Source of the DNA: Candidatus Eiseniibacteriota bacterium
GTDB lineage: Bacteria; Eisenbacteria; RBG-16-71-46
NCBI GenBank assembly: GCA_031364845.1
Contig: JANLWX010000061.1
Location: 1-13,416, forward strand
Length of the DNA: 13,416 nucleotides
Direction: 5' to 3'
This document shows positions 6,988-13,416 of this stretch, piece after piece (positions within the stretch are counted from its first letter, which is position 1; every line of letters starts with the position of its first letter). The position numbers and the translations under genes were made by a program. The notes below the pieces were generated by a model. The model was not told the origin of the DNA, made no database searches, and was given only the letters and a program-made list of their open reading frames with translations.

Positions 6988-9284
6988 AGGCTCTTGGTAT
7001 TCCGCTCGTTCTTCTCATCACAGCGCTGGCCGCGCCGGCGGCGTACTCGCAGCCCGCAAGCAACGACACGCTCGAGCGCATCGTCGATCTGCCGGAAGTG
7101 GTGGTGAGCACCGCGCGAGCCGGCGAGCGGGTGCCGATCGCGCGCACCACGCTGAGCCGTGCCGAGCTTCGCGAACGCAACTGGGGACAGGACACGCCGA
7201 TGGCGCTCGCCTCGCTGCCGGGCGCTTATGCCTACTCCGACGCCGGCAACGGCATCGGCTATTCGTACCTCTCGATCCGCGGATTTCCGCAGCGTCGCAT
7301 CAGCGTGCTCGTGAACGGAGTGCCGCTCAACGATCCCGAGTCGCACGAAGTCTATTGGATCGATCATCCCGATCTGCTCGCCTCGACCGCCGAAGTGCAG
7401 GTGCAGCGCGGAGTGGGCTCGGCGCTCTATGGCGCCGCGTCCCTGGGCGGCAGCGTGAATATCGAGACCTCGCCGTTCACCGAGGCGCCCGCGACGGTGG
7501 CGAGCGTTTCGGTGGGCTCGTACGACACGCGCCGGCTGATGCTCGAGACAAGCTCCGGACGCCTTGCGGGCGACTGGAACTTCTATGGACGCTATTCGCG
7601 CATCGAGACGAATGGATACCGCGACGCGTCGTTCTCCAAGCTGTGGTCGTACGCGCTATCGGCGCGCAAACTCGCGGGCGCGCACTCCATGCGCGTCAAC
7701 CTCTACGGCGGACCTGAGGAGACACATCTAGCCTATCTCGGAGTTCCGCGCAGCACGCTCGACGGTGCGCTCACCGGCGACGCGCAACGCGACCGGCGCT
7801 TCAATCCGATCACGTACGACAACGAGCGCGACCACTTCTTCGAGCCGCACTACGAGTTGATCCATTCGTGGACGCCGGGCGAACGCTGGGCGTTCACGCA
7901 GACGCTGTTCTGGTCCGACGGCAATGGTTACTACGACGAGCAGCGCTTCGGACGGAATCTGTCGGACTATCGGCTCTCACCGTGGTTCACCGCCGACACG
8001 CTCGCGCATCCGGACGACTACTACACGCACGACGTCGATGGCGCGCCGATCCGCGACGCGCAGGGTCGCAAGCAACTCGAACGCTTCGATCTCGTGCGGC
8101 GGCGCACCGTGGAGAACCGCCACTACGGATGGGTGCCGCGCTTGCGCGTGGAACATTCAGGCGGAGCGCTCACCGTCGGCGGCGAACTGCGCGCGCACGA
8201 TGGACGTCACTTCGGCGAGTTGATCTCGGGCGACGGCCTGCCGCCTGGGACCGCACCCGGCCACGCGTACTACGACTATTACCCGCGCACGCTCGCCGGC
8301 GGGTTGTTCGCGCGAGAGGAGTGGTCGCTCCATCCGACGCTGCTCGCGACCGCGGATCTCGGCTGGCGGCATCAGGGTTACCAGATGCGCGGCGATCGCT
8401 TCGACGGCATCCGCTTCGATCAGACCTACGACTTCGCCACGCCGCGGGTGGGACTCACGTGGACGCCGCGGCCGAATGTGACGACCTTCGCCGCGTGGTC
8501 GCACGCGCGCCGCGAGCCGGCGTTCCGCGATCTCTACGACGCCGAAGGCGCGGGCAGCGTGCCCCTCTATGCCTATCGTGATCTCGCGAACAACGTGTAC
8601 CGCGATCCGCTCGTGCGCCCGGAGAAAGTGCAGGACTATGAACTCGGCGCCGCGTGGCGCGGTCGCGTCGCATCGGCGACGGCGAATCTGTTCCGCATGG
8701 ACTTCCGCGACGAGCTGGTCTACGCCGGACAGTTCAACACCGACCTCGGATATCCGATCCTCGGCAACGCCGCGCGCTCGGTGCACCAGGGCGTGGAACT
8801 CGCCGCGCGGCTCGAGCGAAGGGTGCGTTACGTTGCGCTCACGCTCGATGCGAACACGTCGCTGTCCGATCATCACTTCGTCGAATACCGGGAACGCTAC
8901 GGCTCCACCCCCGCCGACGAAGTGAGCTACGACGGCAACGCGCTCGGATTCTTCCCGGCGGTGCTCGGGAACCTGTCGGGCCGTCTCGCGTGGAACGGAA
9001 TCCGGCTCGGCGCCGACACGCGCTACATCGGGCGCATCTATCTGGATCAGACCGAATCGCGCGCCGCCAGCATCGCGCCGCACACGATCGTGGATGCGAA
9101 CGCCGCCTTCGGCACGCGTATCGCCGGCAGCGGCGTCGAATTCTCGCTGCGCGTGTTCAACCTGCTCGATCGCGAGTACGAGACCGGTGGGTACATGGAC
9201 TACGACGCGGACGGCTCGCTGTCGCCGCGCTTCATCCCCGGAGCCACGCGGAGCGTGCTCGCTCAGGTGCGCGTGGAGTGGTGA
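6984..9284 (+). CDS. TonB-dependent receptor; predicted thiamine uptake (766 aa)
   Basis: ATG 6984 overlaps the SSS stop (ATGA), with RBS GAGGAG. Signal peptide, TonB-box-like EVVVSTAR, plug GQDTP..SDAGNGIGYSYLSIRG..NGVPLNDPES..VQRGVGS, C-terminal VFNLLDREY and terminal Trp. Confidence 0.95.
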   Translation: MKALGIPLVLLITALAAPAAYSQPASNDTLERIVDLPEVVVSTARAGERVPIARTTLSRAELRERNWGQDTPMALASLPGAYAYSDAGNGIGYSYLSIRGFPQRRISVLVNGVPLNDPESHEVYWIDHPDLLASTAEVQVQRGVGSALYGAASLGGSVNIETSPFTEAPATVASVSVGSYDTRRLMLETSSGRLAGDWNFYGRYSRIETNGYRDASFSKLWSYALSARKLAGAHSMRVNLYGGPEETHLAYLGVPRSTLDGALTGDAQRDRRFNPITYDNERDHFFEPHYELIHSWTPGERWAFTQTLFWSDGNGYYDEQRFGRNLSDYRLSPWFTADTLAHPDDYYTHDVDGAPIRDAQGRKQLERFDLVRRRTVENRHYGWVPRLRVEHSGGALTVGGELRAHDGRHFGELISGDGLPPGTAPGHAYYDYYPRTLAGGLFAREEWSLHPTLLATADLGWRHQGYQMRGDRFDGIRFDQTYDFATPRVGLTWTPRPNVTTFAAWSHARREPAFRDLYDAEGAGSVPLYAYRDLANNVYRDPLVRPEKVQDYELGAAWRGRVASATANLFRMDFRDELVYAGQFNTDLGYPILGNAARSVHQGVELAARLERRVRYVALTLDANTSLSDHHFVEYRERYGSTPADEVSYDGNALGFFPAVLGNLSGRLAWNGIRLGADTRYIGRIYLDQTESRAASIAPHTIVDANAAFGTRIAGSGVEFSLRVFNLLDREYETGGYMDYDADGSLSPRFIPGATRSVLAQVRVEW

Positions 9285-9611
9285 GGTGGCTTGTCAGAAG
9301 TTCTGTCCAGGCTCGGGCGGCGCGAAGAATCCACATCGACGACACATGCGGCATGGTGCGGGGCACGCTGCGGCACCCGGGCGTCTCCCGACACCCGCTC
9401 ACTGACTCCAGATGCGAACCGGGCACTGGCCGGCGCGCAACTGCCTCACAGTATTTGCGGGTCGGGGACCGTTCTATGCTCCCGAAGTACCATCGCGATC
9501 GAGGCGTGGCAACCAATACCCTCACCAGTTCATCGCACGACATCCATGGTAATGCTTCGCGGGGCGAGGAATAGGCTCGCGGGGGATCGGGATGACAGGG
9601 GGAACACGTCA

Positions 9612-10943
9612 ATGAAGCTCGGCATGCTTGTCACCGTGGCGATGCTCGCCGCTCCGATCATGGCGATCGCGCAGACTCCTCGATACACTCCGACGTTCCT
9701 TGGACCGGCCCAGCCGGGTCCCATCAACGCAAGCGCAGAGGTGATTGGACGGGTGACGGTGGGAGGCAACCTCCGCGGAGCCGTGCTGCGGGCCGGGCAT
9801 CCGATTCAACTACTGCCTCTGCCCGTCGGCATGATCAGCGCTGTCGCGAACGACATCAATGATCTGGGGGTGGTGGTGGGCCAGGTCGGCCCCTACTATT
9901 CACCCGAGTTTTTTGGCCGCGCGGCAGCATGGTATCCGGACGGACGTGGCGGCTATTCCGTCGTGCTTCTTGGCGTGCTGCCCGGGAACGTCATCAGTTC
10001 TGCCAACGCGGTGAACAACCTCGGAGATATCGTCGGCGTTTCCGGGAATGGAACATACCGCTACCCCGTGTACTTCGGCGCCGCCGGCGACCTGATGGAT
10101 CTGACCGCGACCGGCATCTTCGATCCGGTAGACATCAACGACCAGCGTGTCGTGGTGGACAATTCCTCCACGGCAAAACTCCTCGACCTCGGCACCATGG
10201 TCACGCAGGATCTCGGAGTCCCGGACCCTCCCGGCGACACGAACTATCGCGCGACCCGGACCGGAGCGATCAACGCGTCGAACCAGGTCGCTGGTTCGGC
10301 AATCCTCACGACCAGCACCAGCTGCGACCGTCAGGCGACGCGCCACACGAACGACCTCGGCTGGCAGATGTTCAGCAGCTGTGGCGCCAACAACGGCGTG
10401 AGCGACATCAACGACATCGGCGACATGGTGATGCTCATTACGATCACGCCATACGCGCGATTCGAGGATGGCGGCACTTTCACCCTGGAGAGTCTCATCG
10501 TCAACGACGTCGGCCATTGGTATGCGGTCACGACGAGTGCAGGGTGGATCAACAACGATCGACAGATCGTAATGTACGGAACCAATCCCACCACCGGTCA
10601 GACCGGGGCTCTTCTTCTGACGCCCGAAGCAACAACGAGCATACCAACGGGCAGTGACATGACGAGCCGACTCGCGCTGGCCGTGGCACCCAATCCGTTC
10701 CGCGCGGTGACATCGATCCATTTCGCCCTTACGTCACCATGCGCAGTCGATCTGGCGATCTACGACGTGGCCGGCCGGAAAGTAGCCGCGCTGATGTCGG
10801 GGATGCGGCGGGATCCCGGAGTAACGGAGGTAGCATGGGATGCGCGCAATCTCACGGGCCAGCCCGTTCCCGGCGGCGTCTACTTCGTCCGCCTCCGGGC
10901 AGGTGCGCTGATCACCCATCGCCGGCTCGTGGTTCTGAGGTGA
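9612..10943 (+). CDS. Secreted protein with HAF-like extracellular repeats and a C-terminal FlgD-Ig / T9SS type-A-like sorting domain (443 aa)
   Basis: AGGGGG precedes ATG 9612. Signal peptide ending AIA-Q. Seven '(I/V)N..x.VVG'-type repeats. C-terminal PNPF..IHFAL..LAIYDVAGRKV..WDARN..GGVYFVRL..RRLVVLR. Confidence 0.85.
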   Translation: MKLGMLVTVAMLAAPIMAIAQTPRYTPTFLGPAQPGPINASAEVIGRVTVGGNLRGAVLRAGHPIQLLPLPVGMISAVANDINDLGVVVGQVGPYYSPEFFGRAAAWYPDGRGGYSVVLLGVLPGNVISSANAVNNLGDIVGVSGNGTYRYPVYFGAAGDLMDLTATGIFDPVDINDQRVVVDNSSTAKLLDLGTMVTQDLGVPDPPGDTNYRATRTGAINASNQVAGSAILTTSTSCDRQATRHTNDLGWQMFSSCGANNGVSDINDIGDMVMLITITPYARFEDGGTFTLESLIVNDVGHWYAVTTSAGWINNDRQIVMYGTNPTTGQTGALLLTPEATTSIPTGSDMTSRLALAVAPNPFRAVTSIHFALTSPCAVDLAIYDVAGRKVAALMSGMRRDPGVTEVAWDARNLTGQPVPGGVYFVRLRAGALITHRRLVVLR

Positions 10944-11067
10944 CGGCCAAGTGCGCCCAAGGCATTCGTACGAGCAGAGAAGCCAAGCCTTGAGGTCGCG
11001 TCGCCGTGCGCGCCCGAGGAGTCCTGGACCCTTGGAAGGCACCGCCAGGTGGTCCAAACCCTGAAAA

Positions 11068-11556
11068 TCAGGCGTTCAGTCGCCAGATGGTGAAGTTGAG
11101 GAAGGCGGCAAAGCTGACCCACGCGAGGTAGGGGAGCAGCAGATAGGCGGCGGGTGGATGCACCTTTCGGAACGAGACGATGGTGGCCGCGAGGCAGAGC
11201 ACGAGTGCGACGATGTCGGCGAAGGCGAGTGCGGGGTTGTGCAGGCCGAAGAAGAGCGGTGTCCAGAGTGCGTTCAAAATCCACTGAAGCAGAAAGAGGC
11301 CCAGCGGCACGCGCTGGGCGGCGAAGCCACCACGTTTCCAGACAAGCCACGCGGCGATGGCCATCATGATGTAGAGCGTGGTCCACACCGGGCCGAAGAT
11401 CCACGACGGAGGATTCCACGAGGGCTTCTGAATCTGTGCATACCAGCCGCCGGTCTTGACGAAGAGGGCCGTGGCCGTTGCGCTGAACGTGAAGATCAGC
11501 CATGCGATGAGTCCTGCGATCTGTCTGGATTGGGTCATAGGGATAAGAACTCTCAT
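11068..11556 (-). CDS. tspO: TspO/MBR family tryptophan-rich sensory protein
   Basis: WYAQIQKPSWNPPSWIFGPVWTTLY, LNALWTPLFFG and LLLPYLAWVSFAAFLN, with 5 TM helices. The start could be ATG 11538 instead. Confidence 0.95.
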   Translation of the reverse strand: MRVLIPMTQSRQIAGLIAWLIFTFSATATALFVKTGGWYAQIQKPSWNPPSWIFGPVWTTLYIMMAIAAWLVWKRGGFAAQRVPLGLFLLQWILNALWTPLFFGLHNPALAFADIVALVLCLAATIVSFRKVHPPAAYLLLPYLAWVSFAAFLNFTIWRLNA

Positions 11557-11622
11557 GCGGACGGCCTCGAGTCCATGCCCATCCTGACGCCGCGCCTCAG
11601 GACATATTCGCCCGCCTGAGCC

Positions 11623-12153
11623 TCACCCTGACCAGCGCTGGGGCACCTGTCGCAGCTTGGTCAGGTCATAGCCTTGGTCCGTCAGTTCCCGGAGCAGCCG
11701 CTGGTAGTCGGCCTCGGGAATCTGCGGCGTGCGCGCCATGATCCAGACGTAATCCCGCTTATTGCGGCCGATGACGGTCTGGCTGTAGTCGGGACTCAAA
11801 TAGGTGATCAGGAATTCGGACTTGAACGGCCAGATGAACTGCATCCCCCAGGTGGAATTATTGACCCGGTCGACCACGAAGCCGTGCGGATTGTAGCGCT
11901 TGGGTGGTCCGTCGAAACCGCCCTGGTTAAAAGTGAAGGTCGTGCTGATGGTGCCATCAGGTTCGAGCCGGTAATCTTCAATCGCGTTGTAGGCCTCGGT
12001 CTCGATGAAGGTCGGGATGCAGGCGATGACATACCAGGGACCCATGTAGCGGTTGAGGTCGACCTTTTTCACGGTCGGCAAAGGCGGCCGCGAAGTGGCA
12101 CAGCCGGTGAGCAGGAGCAGACCGGAAAGCAGAGACAGCGTTTTAAGAATCAT
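11623..12153 (-). CDS. blc: Bacterial outer-membrane lipocalin lipoprotein (Blc family)
   Basis: Lipobox LLTG-C, SCR1 VDLNRYMGPWYVIA, QFIWPFKSEF, DYSQTVIG..YVWIMARTPQI and QGYDLTKL..VPQ. Start at ATG 12153 or 12186. Confidence 0.93.
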   Translation of the reverse strand: MILKTLSLLSGLLLLTGCATSRPPLPTVKKVDLNRYMGPWYVIACIPTFIETEAYNAIEDYRLEPDGTISTTFTFNQGGFDGPPKRYNPHGFVVDRVNNSTWGMQFIWPFKSEFLITYLSPDYSQTVIGRNKRDYVWIMARTPQIPEADYQRLLRELTDQGYDLTKLRQVPQRWSG

Positions 12154-12505
12154 GGTCGTGGCTTGAGTTGATGGCGTCTTCTTCATGGCTACCGGGCACT
12201 ATTCTGCCCCCCGGAAGAATTCGCAACCGTGATTCCTCTGGCGGCAAGAATCCCGAGGCCGCCGTGTTGGAAAACCACCCATTACTTCAAGAGCTCCGCC
12301 GCAGGTTGCGGTTTCGCCGCGCGGCCTTTGTCTGATCACATCATGAACGACGAAAGGCGCGCGGGGCCTATCATCCACTTTCTCCCTCCTTCTGTGACGG
12401 GTGCAAAGGGCCCGTGTCGCTGATCACGGAGAAGCGTAGAAGACTGGACGCCTGGCCGGGGTCGCGCCGGAAGGAGTTCGCTTGAGGTAGGGTGGCGGCG
12501 AGCTG

Positions 12506-12628
12506 CAGGGTGCGGTAGGCGAGTTGGCTCAGGGTGCCAAGCCGGCGGCGGTTGCATAGGAAGAACGGCCGCAGCCGCTTCGGCACGGTGAACACGACCT
12601 GGCGATGGCACATCTCGAGTGCGACCAC
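12506..12628 (-). mobile_element. IS91-family (rolling-circle, Y2) transposase fragment
   Basis: HRQVVFTVPKRLRPFFLCNRRRLGTLSQLAYRTL matches the 'HRQxVFTxPKxLR' segment that follows the Zn-binding domain of IS91-like transposases. No Cys-rich domain upstream and no HUH motif downstream are readable. Confidence 0.7.
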
Positions 12629-12720
12629 CTGATCGCCCAGACCGGGCTCGAGGCACGCTGCCCTCGCGCCGGGCGCGCCATCAATAGATATTCCCCCGCC
12701 AGGGGAGCGGTTGCCCTAGG

Positions 12721-13416
12721 GTGGAGACGGATACTGAGGCTCCCGGACGCAGCCGGAGGCGTACATCAGCGACCGGGGGCGGCAGATTGGCCAAGGCGAA
12801 GGACGTAACCAGGCGCAGGATTCGCACTTTAACAGGTGCCGGCGATCCCACCCTGCTCAAGCAAGCGGACGAGGTGCTGCTCAAGGCAGGAGCGCTGCAG
12901 AGCGCGATCTTCAACAGCGCCAACTTCTCGAGTATCGCCACCGATGCCAATGGTGTGATCCAGATTTTCAACGTCGGCGCCGAGCGGATGCTGGGCTACA
13001 CGGCCGCCGAGGTAGTGAACAAGATCACGCCGGCCGACATTTCCGATCCGCAGGAAGTGATCGCGCGCGCCAAAGCGCTGAGCGCGGAGCTCGGCACCCC
13101 TATTATGCCCGGGTTCGAGGCCCTGGTGTTCAAGGCCTCGCGCGGGATCGAGGACATCTACGAGTTGACCTACTTCCGTAAGGACGGCAGCCGGTTTCCG
13201 GCGGTGGTGTCGGTCACGGCGCTGCGGGATGCCCAGAACGCCATCATCGGCTATCTATTGATCGGCACCGACAACACCGCGCGCCAGCAGGCGTAAGCAG
13301 CGCTGCTCAAGGCGGGCGCCTTGCAGAGCGCGATCTTCAACAGCGCCAACTTCTCGAGCATCGCGACCGATGCGAAGGGCGTCATCCAGATCTTCAACGT
13401 CGGCGCCGAGCGGATG
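12721..13416 (+). pseudogene. Tandem-PAS sensor protein (probably a kinase/GGDEF N-terminus) with an in-frame TAA at 13294-13296; runs off the right edge
   Basis: PAS/PAC AIFNSANFSSIATDANGVIQIFNVGAERMLGY..RKDGSRFPAVVSVTALRD..IGYLLIGTDNTAR. After the TAA the same frame continues AALLKAGALQSAIFNSANFSSIATDAKGVIQIFNVGAERM. The start codon is uncertain and the stop may be a sequencing error. Confidence 0.75.
12877..13416 (+). repeat. Intragenic tandem repeat, period 426 nt (142 aa PAS module)
   Basis: 12877-12990 versus 13303-13416: 103/114 nt identical. Confidence 0.95.

Noticed and set aside
9455..9480. TTGCGG...TATGCT as a sigma-70 promoter for the 9612 gene
   Set aside because: The spacer is only 14 nt.
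7868..10721. ORFs 7868-8581, 8157-9083, 8654-9574, 9900-10721 and 9929-10657
   Set aside because: They overlap the well-supported TBDT and repeat-protein genes and have the composition of off-frame translations.
13294..13296. Selenocysteine, pyrrolysine or alternative genetic code
   Set aside because: The stop is TAA, not TGA or TAG, and it is a single event; no other gene here has internal stops.

Overview
High-GC diderm bacterial DNA. A TonB-dependent receptor, a PNPF/FlgD-Ig C-terminal sorting domain and the HNH/DUF222-like N-terminus suggest an FCB-group lineage such as Ca. Eisenbacteria (inference). From left to right: the 5' end of a minus-strand HNH/DUF222-like gene missing from the ORF track; a solo IS481-like end; a secreted conserved hypothetical protein; a minus-strand cluster of ECF sigma (SigK-like), anti-sigma RskA, a GNAT with a 97-aa internal loop and an MFS transporter; two divergent SigK-type promoter matches; a TPP riboswitch ahead of a sodium:solute symporter and a TonB-dependent receptor (thiamine or precursor uptake); a secreted HAF-like repeat protein with a C-terminal sorting domain; tspO; a blc lipocalin; an IS91-family transposase scrap; and a tandem-PAS sensor gene interrupted by an in-frame TAA that runs off the window. 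All family calls come from motif recognition by eye; no searches were run.
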